NCBI GenBank assembly: GCA_048355355.1
Contig: DBGCIZ010000160.1
Location: 1-38,217, forward strand
Direction of reading: 5' to 3'
Length of the DNA: 38,217 nucleotides
Source of the DNA: Christensenellaceae bacterium
Lineage (GTDB): Bacteria > Bacillota > Clostridia > Christensenellales > Christensenellaceae
The notes below the pieces were generated by a model. That model did not search any database. It was not told the DNA's origin and saw nothing but the letters and a program-made list of their open reading frames with translations. The position numbers and the translations under genes are program-made. Positions 23,661 to 31,312 of the stretch are shown piece by piece (within the stretch, counting starts at the first letter, position 1; each line of letters begins with the position of its first letter).

Positions 23661-24629
23661 ATGAAAAAAGGTTTGGCAGCGGCATTGCTTGTGCTGCTGA
23701 TTTTGGCGGCATCGCTGGCAGTGGCAGGCGCAGCGTCGGCGCCGGAGGGGGCTATCCCCATAGACGTAGGCAATTTTAACGATTACGACAGCGGCGGAGA
23801 CTGGGACAGCGGCTCCAGCTGGGACGATTCCGGCTGGGATTCCTCCTACGATTCCGGCAGCTCCGGCGTTTTTTTCCTGATAGGGGATAGCTCTATCGCC
23901 CTGATTGTGGTGGTTGTGGTCGCCATTATTCTCTTCGCCGTCTTTGGGAAGAAGAAGGGTTCCGGCAACAGGCAGCAGGGTGGGCCCCAGCAGGTGCAGG
24001 ACAACACCAGCGTCATTTACGCAGCAATTTCCGCAGTAGACCCCAATTTCAGCACGGAGAAGTTCCTGGGCTGGGCGAAGGAGGTATTCATTACCTTGCA
24101 GCAGGCCTGGATGGAGCGAAACTGGAGCAAGGTTCGCCCCTTTGAAAAGGAGGAGCTCTTTCAGCAGCATCAGGCCCAGCTGGACGAATATGTCCGCCTG
24201 GGGAGGATTAACGTCATCGAGCGGATTAACATCAACCAGGCCTTTTTGCAGAAATACAGACGGGATGCGGAGTACGAGTATCTGACCGTGTATTTGCAGG
24301 TGCGCATGGTGGACTATATTAAGGACGAAAATACGGGCAAAGTGCTGAAGGGCGACCCGGCCAAGGATTGCTATTTGCAGTATCTCTATACGTTCATGAG
24401 AAAATTCGGCGTCAAGACAGACCCGGCCAACAGCAACCAAAGCACGGTGGCCTGCCCCCACTGCGGCGCGCCTGTGCAGATTACCAGCGCGGGACAGTGC
24501 GAATACTGCGGCTTTATCGTCACCACAGGGGAGTACGACTGGGTGCTGTCTGACATTACCGGCGTAAGGCCCGGCATGCGGATTGACAATTCCGGCGTAG
24601 ACATTGCCGGCGGCGACGGGCAGCAATAG
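23661..24629 (+). CDS. Tim44-like domain membrane protein with a zinc ribbon
   Basis: 322 aa. Features in order are a signal or N-terminal hydrophobic segment, a D/S/G/W-rich spacer, a TM helix (IALIVVVVVAIILFAVF), a Tim44-like region (FSTEKFLGWAKEVFITLQQAW..RNW...RPF) and the zinc ribbon CPHCGAP...CEYCG. Confidence 0.65.
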   Translation: MKKGLAAALLVLLILAASLAVAGAASAPEGAIPIDVGNFNDYDSGGDWDSGSSWDDSGWDSSYDSGSSGVFFLIGDSSIALIVVVVVAIILFAVFGKKKGSGNRQQGGPQQVQDNTSVIYAAISAVDPNFSTEKFLGWAKEVFITLQQAWMERNWSKVRPFEKEELFQQHQAQLDEYVRLGRINVIERININQAFLQKYRRDAEYEYLTVYLQVRMVDYIKDENTGKVLKGDPAKDCYLQYLYTFMRKFGVKTDPANSNQSTVACPHCGAPVQITSAGQCEYCGFIVTTGEYDWVLSDITGVRPGMRIDNSGVDIAGGDGQQ

Positions 24630-24669
24630 GCTGGCATAGCAGAGGAAGCATAGAAAGGAAGCAAACACA

Positions 24670-25974
24670 ATGGGATTGATTAAGGCGGCCCTTGGGGCCA
24701 TTGGCGGAACCCTGGCGGACCAGTGGAAGGAGTATATTTACTGCGATTCCATGAGCGCTGACGTGCTGGTGCAGAAGGGCGAGGTCAAAATTATGGACAG
24801 AAGCTCCAACACCAGGCGAAACGACAACATCATTTCGGACGGCAGCAAAATCGCCGTCAACGAGGGCCAGTTTATGATGATTGTGGAGAATGGCAAGGTG
24901 GTGGATTTCTCCGCAGAGCCCGGCGCATTTACCTACCGGACGGGCACAGAGCCCTCCATGCTGGACAACGGCTGGAAGGGCCTGAAGGAGAGCTTTAAGA
25001 TGGTGGGCAAGCGGTTTACCTACGGCGGCCAGCCGGAGAATGACCAGCGGGTCTACTATGTGAACATCAAGGAAATTATGGATAACAAGGTGGGCGTGGG
25101 GGACGTTCCCTTCCGGGATAGCGAGTTCGGCTTCACCATGATGCTGAAGGGCTACGGGACCTACTCCTACCGGATTACCAACCCGATTATGTTTTACACC
25201 AACGTCTGCGCCAACGTGAAGGACCGCTTTTTGCGCAGCGAAATTGATGGCCAGCTGAAAACTGAGGTGCAGCACAATTTGCAGCCAGCCCTGGGCAAAA
25301 TCGCCCTGAAGGGCATTCCCTACGACCAGCTGCCCCTGTTTACCAACGAAATCGCCGAGGAGCTCAACCAGGAGCTAACAGCAGAGTGGGTTGAGAAGCG
25401 GGGAATTTCCGTCGTATCCGTGGCGCTGGCATCCATCACGCCGGATGAGGAAAGCGCCAAGAAGATTGCGGAGTTCCAGGAATCCCGGGTGTATACCAAT
25501 GCCACCATGATGGGGGCCCGCCTGGGGACAGCCCAGGCGACGGCTATGGAAAAGGCGGCAGCCAACGACGCCGGGGCCATGACGGGCTTCTTAGGCATGG
25601 GCTTTGCCCAGCAGGCTGGGGGCATGAACGCCACCTCTCTATACCAGATGGGGCAAGGGCAGGGCGGCCCGGGGCAGCCAGAGCCGCCTAAGAGTGCGGC
25701 GGAGGGCTGGAGCTGTCCCACCTGCGGCAAGGCAGGCAACACGGGAAAATTCTGCTCGGAATGCGGCGCAAAGCGGCCGGAGGAGGGCTGGACCTGCCCC
25801 ACCTGCGGCAAGGTAAACCAGGGCAAGTTCTGCCCGGAGTGCGGGACGAAGCGGCCGGCAGGGGCGCCGGTCTACCAGTGCGACAAGTGCGGCTGGAAGC
25901 CGGAGGACCCGGCTCATCCGCCGAAATTCTGCCCGGAGTGTGGCGACCCGTTTACCGAAGAGGATAAAAAATAG
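24670..25974 (+). CDS. SPFH/Band-7-like protein of the YdjI type with three C-terminal zinc ribbons
   Basis: 434 aa. The N-terminus is MGLIKAALGAIGGTLADQWKEYIYCDS. An SPFH-like core follows. The C-terminus carries CPTCGK..KFCSECG, CPTCGK..KFCPECG and CDKCG...KFCPECG. Confidence 0.7.
   Translation: MGLIKAALGAIGGTLADQWKEYIYCDSMSADVLVQKGEVKIMDRSSNTRRNDNIISDGSKIAVNEGQFMMIVENGKVVDFSAEPGAFTYRTGTEPSMLDNGWKGLKESFKMVGKRFTYGGQPENDQRVYYVNIKEIMDNKVGVGDVPFRDSEFGFTMMLKGYGTYSYRITNPIMFYTNVCANVKDRFLRSEIDGQLKTEVQHNLQPALGKIALKGIPYDQLPLFTNEIAEELNQELTAEWVEKRGISVVSVALASITPDEESAKKIAEFQESRVYTNATMMGARLGTAQATAMEKAAANDAGAMTGFLGMGFAQQAGGMNATSLYQMGQGQGGPGQPEPPKSAAEGWSCPTCGKAGNTGKFCSECGAKRPEEGWTCPTCGKVNQGKFCPECGTKRPAGAPVYQCDKCGWKPEDPAHPPKFCPECGDPFTEEDKK
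25701..25813 (+). repeat. 81-bp (27-codon) internal duplication encoding zinc-ribbon modules
   Basis: GGAGGGCTGGAGCTGTCCCACCTGCGGCAAGG (25701-25732) and GGAGGGCTGGACCTGCCCCACCTGCGGCAAGG (25782-25813). Confidence 0.85.
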
Positions 25975-25978
25975 GGCA

Positions 25979-26004
25979 AGGCGGCCAGGGCATGGCCGCT
26001 TTTG
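25979..26004 (+). terminator. Rho-independent terminator after the SPFH gene
   Basis: GCGGCCA, loop GGGCA, TGGCCGC, then TTTT. Confidence 0.7.
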
Positions 26005-26019
26005 CATAAAAATGCAAAA
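26000..26019. promoter_or_regulatory. Perfect AT-rich inverted repeat
   Basis: TTTTGCAT-AAAA-ATGCAAAA. A related AAAAATTGCATTTT lies at 26038-26051 and ATTGCAAT at about 26125-26132. Confidence 0.35.
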
Positions 26020-26064
26020 GGCCGGGGAAACACCGGGAAAAATTGCATTTTGGCCAAAGAGCCA

Positions 26065-26094
26065 TTGCGCCGCGGTCTGGCCATGCGCTATAAT
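26065..26094 (+). promoter_or_regulatory. Candidate promoter for the sugar-phosphate isomerase/epimerase gene
   Basis: TTGCGC (26065-26070), 18 nt, TATAAT (26089-26094). Confidence 0.55.
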
Positions 26095-26153
26095 AACAAA
26101 AAAGGGCCATCATATTTCCATTGGAATATTGCAATAGAAAAAAGGAGGAAGCT

Positions 26154-27062
26154 ATGAAAGTATCGTATAACGAGGCAACAGCCATGAACTGCTCCTCTCT
26201 GGAGGAGGATCTCCGGCTCTGTGAGGAGGCGGGCTTTGACTATATTGAGATTCGGGGGGACATGCTGCTGGATTATCTGGCGCATCACTCCGTCAAAGAG
26301 CTGGCGGCATTTTTCCGCAACAGCAGGCTTCAGCCCCATGCCATGAACGCGCTCTACACCTATCGGGATATGTTTCACCCCACCAGGGCGGATAAGGAGC
26401 GGGATAGGCAGCTGATGGCGTATTTCCTGACGGTCTGCCGCGTGGCGGAGCAGATTGGCAGCCACTATTTCATCTCTTTGCCGGAATATATTGACGATGC
26501 AGACGACATTTATATGCCCCACGACCCGCGGACAGTGCCCTTCCCGGATTCGCCGGAAAAGGTCATGGACGACAGCATCCGCATTTTAACCCGCCTTTCG
26601 GACATTGGGGCGGATTTCGGCGTCAACGTCAGCTGGGAGCCAGTGGGCAGCTGCGGCTGCGGCGTCCGCACGGCAGGCCACGCCTGGGAGATTGTGCAGG
26701 CGGTTGGCAGGGACAATATCGGCGTCACGGTAGACAGCTTCAACCTGTTTATGAACGGGAAGAACAACGACTTTTCCGACATTGCTAAAATCCCCAAGGA
26801 AAAGCTCTATACGGTTCACGTGAACAACTGCGACGATGTTGGCCTGGACGTTTTGGATCATAGCAACAGGAAGTTCGTCAACGGCGGCGCCATTGACATT
26901 GAGGGATATCTGCGGACTGTGGCCTCTACAGGCTACGACGGCATGGTCTCTATTGAGACCTTCCGGGAGGAATACTGGGAGATGCAGCCGCGGGATGTAA
27001 TTTTTGAGGCGTACCGGACCACCAAGGAGCTGGTGGACAAAATCGAAGCTGAAAGAGCCTAA
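26154..27062 (+). CDS. Xylose-isomerase-like TIM-barrel protein (sugar-phosphate isomerase/epimerase family)
   Basis: Trimmed to ATG 26154 with SD AAGGAGG. Length is 302 aa. The motifs GFDYIEIRG...H.MNAL....W.EPVG....VTVDSFNL...VHVNNCDD....SIETFREEYW are typical of the AP_endonuc_2 / IolE-like fold. Confidence 0.7.
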   Translation: MKVSYNEATAMNCSSLEEDLRLCEEAGFDYIEIRGDMLLDYLAHHSVKELAAFFRNSRLQPHAMNALYTYRDMFHPTRADKERDRQLMAYFLTVCRVAEQIGSHYFISLPEYIDDADDIYMPHDPRTVPFPDSPEKVMDDSIRILTRLSDIGADFGVNVSWEPVGSCGCGVRTAGHAWEIVQAVGRDNIGVTVDSFNLFMNGKNNDFSDIAKIPKEKLYTVHVNNCDDVGLDVLDHSNRKFVNGGAIDIEGYLRTVASTGYDGMVSIETFREEYWEMQPRDVIFEAYRTTKELVDKIEAERA

Positions 27063-27076
27063 TCGCCTGAGGCAAG

Positions 27077-27105
27077 CCGGAGAGGAAAAGCCCCTCCGGT
27101 TTTTT
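27077..27105 (+). terminator. Rho-independent terminator
   Basis: CCGGAGAGG, loop, CCCTCCGG (one bulge), then TTTTTT. Confidence 0.85.
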
Positions 27106-27173
27106 GATGCGAATTTTTGCGATAAAAACACAATAGTATCTAAAAGGTGATTATAGCATAATAAAGTGCTTAC

Positions 27174-27202
27174 TTTACAATAAGTCTCTATAGCTATATG
27201 AT
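27174..27202 (+). promoter_or_regulatory. SigmaA-type promoter for the NAD(P)H-binding protein gene
   Basis: TTTACA (27174-27179), 17 nt, TATGAT (27197-27202). Confidence 0.6.
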
Positions 27203-27254
27203 AACCCTGTAAGCGGGAAACGCAAGGATAAATAAAAATCGGAGGTAATAGAAC

Positions 27255-27884
27255 ATGAAAATTGCAGTGGTTGGTGCAAACGGAAAAGCGGGCAGACTGA
27301 TTGTGAAGGAGGCCTTGGAGAGAGGCATGGACGTGACCGCGGTGGTGCGGGGAGAGAATGGGACAGAGGCGAGGACCGCCATCCAGAAGGATTTATTTCA
27401 GCTGACTGCCGCAGACCTGGCGGGCTTTGACGTAGTGGTGGATGCCTTTGGCGCATGGACGCCAGAGACACTGCCCCAGCACAGCACCTCTCTCAGGCAT
27501 TTGTGCGACCTGCTCAGCGGGAGAGAGACGCGGCTGCTGGTAGTGGGCGGCGCGGGAAGCCTTTACGTCAACGGGGAGCATACGGCCCAGGTTATGGACG
27601 GGGCGGACTTCCCCGATGCCTTCAAGCCTCTGGCCGCCAACATGGGCAAAGCGCTGGAGGAGCTGAGAGAGCGGGAGGATGTCCGCTGGACCTACATCAG
27701 CCCGGCGGCAGATTTTCAGGCAGAGGGCGCAAGAACGGGCAAATACATTCTGGGCGGCGAGGAGCTGACCTTGAATGCCAGGGGAGAAAGCGTCATCAGC
27801 TATGCAGATTATGCCATCGCCCTGGTAGACGAGGCGGAGAAGGGCAACCATATCCGGCAGAGAATTTCCGTAGTCGCAGAATAG
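27255..27884 (+). CDS. NAD(P)H-binding protein (atypical SDR, YwnB/NmrA-like)
   Basis: 209 aa with SD GGAGG. It has the N-terminal Rossmann motif MKIAVVGANGKAGRLIV and GGAGSLYV. Confidence 0.8.
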   Translation: MKIAVVGANGKAGRLIVKEALERGMDVTAVVRGENGTEARTAIQKDLFQLTAADLAGFDVVVDAFGAWTPETLPQHSTSLRHLCDLLSGRETRLLVVGGAGSLYVNGEHTAQVMDGADFPDAFKPLAANMGKALEELREREDVRWTYISPAADFQAEGARTGKYILGGEELTLNARGESVISYADYAIALVDEAEKGNHIRQRISVVAE

Positions 27885-27895
27885 GAAAAGCGGCA

Positions 27896-27932
27896 GCAGG
27901 CTACCCCGGCAGTGGGGCAGCCTGCTTTTTTT
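27896..27932 (+). terminator. Rho-independent terminator
   Basis: Stem of about 12 bp, GCAGGCTACCCC/GGGGCAGCCTGC (one mismatch), then TTTTTTT. Confidence 0.9.
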
Positions 27933-28087
27933 GATAAGGCGAAAAAGGGTCAAAAACCGGGAAAGCAGGAAGAATTTTAGCGAACGATTGAAAAAATATG
28001 GGCCGTAAAATATACATAGGCCCTATTTTGTGGTATTATTAAAAAAAGGTTTTTCTGTTTAACTAAAAAATTTTTTAGGAGGTGCTT

Positions 28088-28636
28088 ATGAACAGTCAAG
28101 TATTAGAGGTCGCCCGCCGGATTAAGGAGCTAAGGGAGATTGTCGAAATGACGGTCGAGCAGGTCGCAGAAGAGCTGAATCTTTCGGCAGATGAGTACAG
28201 CAAATACGAAAACGGAGAGCTGGATATTCCGATTAGTGTCATATATGGCGTCGCAAACGTCCTGGGCGTCGATTCCACAGTCCTGCTGACAGGAGAGTCC
28301 CCCAGAATGAATTCCTACACGATTACCAGAAAGGGGAAGGGAATTTCCATCGAGCGGTATAAGGAATACAGCTTTTCTTCCCTGGCCTACAACTTTATCG
28401 GCAGGGATATGGATCCTATGATTGTGGATTTGCTGCCAAAGGATAGACCGCCGGAGCTGGTGAAGCACAGGGGGCAGGAGTTTAACTACGTGCTGGAGGG
28501 CAAGGTCACGGTGATTATCGACGGCCATAAGCACGTCCTGAACCAGGGTGACTCCATTTATTTCGACCCGTCCGTCCCCCATGGCCAGATGGCGGAATTC
28601 GGTCCGGCCAGGTTTCTGACCATTATCAACGAATAA
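28088..28636 (+). CDS. XRE-family HTH regulator with a C-terminal cupin domain
   Basis: Trimmed to ATG 28088, 5 nt after AGGAGG. Length is 182 aa. The HTH is IKELREIVEMTVEQVAEELNLSADEYSKYENGE. The cupin motif is H.GQEFNYVLEG......GD.IYFD...PHG. Confidence 0.85.
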   Translation: MNSQVLEVARRIKELREIVEMTVEQVAEELNLSADEYSKYENGELDIPISVIYGVANVLGVDSTVLLTGESPRMNSYTITRKGKGISIERYKEYSFSSLAYNFIGRDMDPMIVDLLPKDRPPELVKHRGQEFNYVLEGKVTVIIDGHKHVLNQGDSIYFDPSVPHGQMAEFGPARFLTIINE

Positions 28637-28664
28637 TATTTTTTCGATAAAGGAGATTCTTGCG

Positions 28665-30329
28665 ATGATAGAGCGGTTTTTGCCTCGTATCGAGTTTGAC
28701 TCATACGAGGATTTTAAACAGAATTACAAGGTGAACATTCCGGAAAACTTTAACTTTGCCTACGACGTCATGGACGAATGGGTGAAGGAGGCGCCGGACC
28801 GGGCGGCCCTTTACTGGTGCAACGAGGAGGGAAACGACACTATCTATACCTTCGCCGACATCAAGCGGCTGAGCGACAAGACGGCCAACGTACTGAAGGG
28901 CTTGGGCATCCGGAAGGGGGACCCGGTCATGCTGATTTTGATGCAACGGGCAGAGTGCTGGACTACCATGCTAGCCCTGCAAAAAATCGGGGCGATTATC
29001 ATCCCCGTGACCTACCTGCTGACGCCGAAGGACATTGTATACCGCTGCAACGAGGCGGAGATTAAGGCGATTGTGGCTGTAGACATGCCTGAGGTGCTGA
29101 AGCACATCCAGGGGGCCATTGGCCAGTGCACCACAGTGGAGCACGTCTGCATCGTGGGAGACCAGATTCCCGATGGCTGCATGGACTTCCGCAAGGCGAT
29201 TGCAGAGGCGTCGGAAAAATGGGAGCGGCCTACGGGGGACCAGGCCACCAAAAATGAGGACCCCATGCTCATCTATTTTTCCAGCGGCACCACAGGTATG
29301 CCCAAGATGATTTTGCACAACTTTACCCATCCCCTGGGCCAGATTACCACGGCGAAATACTGGCAGCAGGTGGGCGAGGGAGATTTGCATCTGGTGGCGG
29401 CGGATTCTGGCTGGGCAAAGTTTGGCTGGGGCAAGATTTACGGCCAGTGGATTGCCGGCGCTACCATTGTGGCCTACGATACGGTGAAATTTAATCCGCA
29501 CAACATGCTGGAGACGATTCAGCGGCTGAAGTTGACCTCCTTCTGCGCGCCGCCGACGGTCTACCGGTTCTTGATTAAAGAGGATTTGACGAAATACGAT
29601 TTGTCTTCCATCAAGCATTGCACCATTGCCGGTGAGCCGCTGAACCCGGAGGTATATTACGAATGGAAGCGGCTGACCGGGCTTTCCCTGGTGGAGGGTT
29701 TTGGCCAGAGCGAGTCCTCCGTGCTGCTGGCGAACTTCCCCTGGTTCCCCATCAAGCCGGGAAGCACGGGCAAGCCCTCGCCTCTCTATGATATTGACAT
29801 TGTGGACGAAAATGGGGAGCCCTGCGAGGATGGCATCGTGGGCCGCATCGTGGTGAAAAATACGGACAAGAGCTTCCCGGTCGGCCTGTTTCAGGAGTAT
29901 TACCGCGCGCCGGAGGCCAACGCCAGAGCCTGGCATGACGGCACCTACGACACGGGAGATACAGCCTGGCGGGATGCGGACGGCTATTACTGGTTCGTAG
30001 GCAGAAGCGACGATGTGATTAAGTGCAGCGGATACAGAATCGGACCCTTTGAGGTGGAAAACGCCCTGATGTCCCACCCAAGCGTGCTGGAGTGCGCCGT
30101 GACGGCGGCGCCAGACCCGGTGCGCGGCCAGGTGGTTAAGGCGACGATTGTGCTGGCGAGAGGGTACACTGCCTCGGAGGAGCTGAAGAAGGAGATTCAG
30201 AACCACGTCAAGCAGGTGACCGCGCCCTATAAATATCCGAGAATTGTGGAATTTGTTGAGGAGCTGCCCAAGACCACCAGCGGAAAAATCCGCCGGGTGG
30301 AGATTCGGGAGAAGGACCATCAAAAATAA
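28665..30329 (+). CDS. AMP-forming acyl-CoA synthetase (medium-chain ACSM-like)
   Basis: 554 aa with SD AAGGAG. It has the AMP-binding motif YFSSGTTGMPK, plus YDTGD, GRSDDVIK and the C-terminal LPKTTSGKIRR. Confidence 0.9.
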   Translation: MIERFLPRIEFDSYEDFKQNYKVNIPENFNFAYDVMDEWVKEAPDRAALYWCNEEGNDTIYTFADIKRLSDKTANVLKGLGIRKGDPVMLILMQRAECWTTMLALQKIGAIIIPVTYLLTPKDIVYRCNEAEIKAIVAVDMPEVLKHIQGAIGQCTTVEHVCIVGDQIPDGCMDFRKAIAEASEKWERPTGDQATKNEDPMLIYFSSGTTGMPKMILHNFTHPLGQITTAKYWQQVGEGDLHLVAADSGWAKFGWGKIYGQWIAGATIVAYDTVKFNPHNMLETIQRLKLTSFCAPPTVYRFLIKEDLTKYDLSSIKHCTIAGEPLNPEVYYEWKRLTGLSLVEGFGQSESSVLLANFPWFPIKPGSTGKPSPLYDIDIVDENGEPCEDGIVGRIVVKNTDKSFPVGLFQEYYRAPEANARAWHDGTYDTGDTAWRDADGYYWFVGRSDDVIKCSGYRIGPFEVENALMSHPSVLECAVTAAPDPVRGQVVKATIVLARGYTASEELKKEIQNHVKQVTAPYKYPRIVEFVEELPKTTSGKIRRVEIREKDHQK

Positions 30330-30341
30330 ATTTCGTAAAAA

Positions 30342-30374
30342 AGGCCTCTGCCAGGTGCAGGGGCTTTTTCTTTT
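30342..30374 (+). terminator. Rho-independent terminator
   Basis: AGGCCTCTGC, loop CAGGT, GCAGGGGCTT (G-U pairs), then TTTTCTTTT. Confidence 0.85.
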
Positions 30375-30383
30375 AAAAAATAC

Positions 30384-30414
30384 TTGACCTTGCCCTTAGG
30401 GGAGGGGGTATCCT
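30384..30414 (+). promoter_or_regulatory. MerR-type promoter with a 19-nt spacer and central dyad
   Basis: TTGACC (30384-30389), 19-nt spacer, TATCCT (30409-30414). The spacer contains the dyad CCCT-T-AGGG (30393-30401). Confidence 0.65.
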
Positions 30415-30458
30415 GAGCATAGGGATGCGCATTCAAAAAAACGGAAAGGAGAAGGCAC

Positions 30459-31253
30459 ATGCTCACCATCGGAGAATTCTCCAGAATCTGCATGGTCACC
30501 GCCAAGACCCTGCGCTACTACGACGCCATCGGCCTGGTGAAGCCGGTGGCCCTGGGGCAGGAAAATGGCTACCGCTATTATGAGGAGGGGCAGCTGGCAA
30601 GAATGCTGGAAATCCAGCGGCTCAAGGCCTATGGTTTTTCCCTGGAGGAGATCCAGGCCCTGCTGGACGGAGGCCGGGCGGCCCTGCTGCAGGCGCTGCG
30701 GAGCCGGGCGGCGGAGCAGACCCAGGAGCTGGAGGCCAGGGCAGCGCTGCTGGCCAGAATCCAGCGGGATATCGCCAATTTAGAGAAAGGAATGGAGCTT
30801 ATGAGAGAAGGAACAATAGACGTACAAATCAAAGAGATGGAGGACAGGCAGGTCTTGAGCCTGCGGGAGAGAATCCCCATTGCGGCCTTTGACGGCCTTT
30901 ACGGCAGGCTGATGGAGCTGGCCAGCCAGGAGGGCGTGGAGATACACGGCTATCCCATTGCCGTATACCACTGCGAGGCCTTTGACCCAGAGAATACGGA
31001 CGTGGAGCTCTGCCTGGAGACAGAGGCAAAGACGCCTCACACCAGGGTGCTCCCGGGTGGGCTGGCCGCAGTGGGCGTCCATTTTGGAAGCTATAGCCGG
31101 CTGAGCGAGACCTATGGCCAGATAGCTTGCTGGATTGGAGAAAACGGCTACCGCATTGCTGGGGCGCCCTATGAGCAATACAGAAACTCGCCGCATCAGG
31201 TTCCAGATAGTCAGCTGGTGACGGAGATTTACTTTCCAGTGGCAAGGGCATAG
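30459..31253 (+). CDS. MerR-family regulator with a GyrI-like effector domain (BmrR/Mta-like)
   Basis: 264 aa. The N-terminal wHTH is MLTIGEFSRICMVTAKTLRYYDAIGLV.P......GYRYY. A coiled-coil and a GyrI-like C-terminal domain follow. Confidence 0.9.
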   Translation: MLTIGEFSRICMVTAKTLRYYDAIGLVKPVALGQENGYRYYEEGQLARMLEIQRLKAYGFSLEEIQALLDGGRAALLQALRSRAAEQTQELEARAALLARIQRDIANLEKGMELMREGTIDVQIKEMEDRQVLSLRERIPIAAFDGLYGRLMELASQEGVEIHGYPIAVYHCEAFDPENTDVELCLETEAKTPHTRVLPGGLAAVGVHFGSYSRLSETYGQIACWIGENGYRIAGAPYEQYRNSPHQVPDSQLVTEIYFPVARA

Positions 31254-31279
31254 GGGAAACCGCATTCCATAACTCGGGG

Positions 31280-31308
31280 AGGGAGCGCAAAGGGGCGCTC
31301 CCTTTTCT
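31280..31308 (+). terminator. Rho-independent terminator after the MerR gene
   Basis: GGGAGCGC, loop AAAGGG, GCGCTCCC, then TTTTCTG. Confidence 0.85.
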
Positions 31309-31312
31309 GCTC

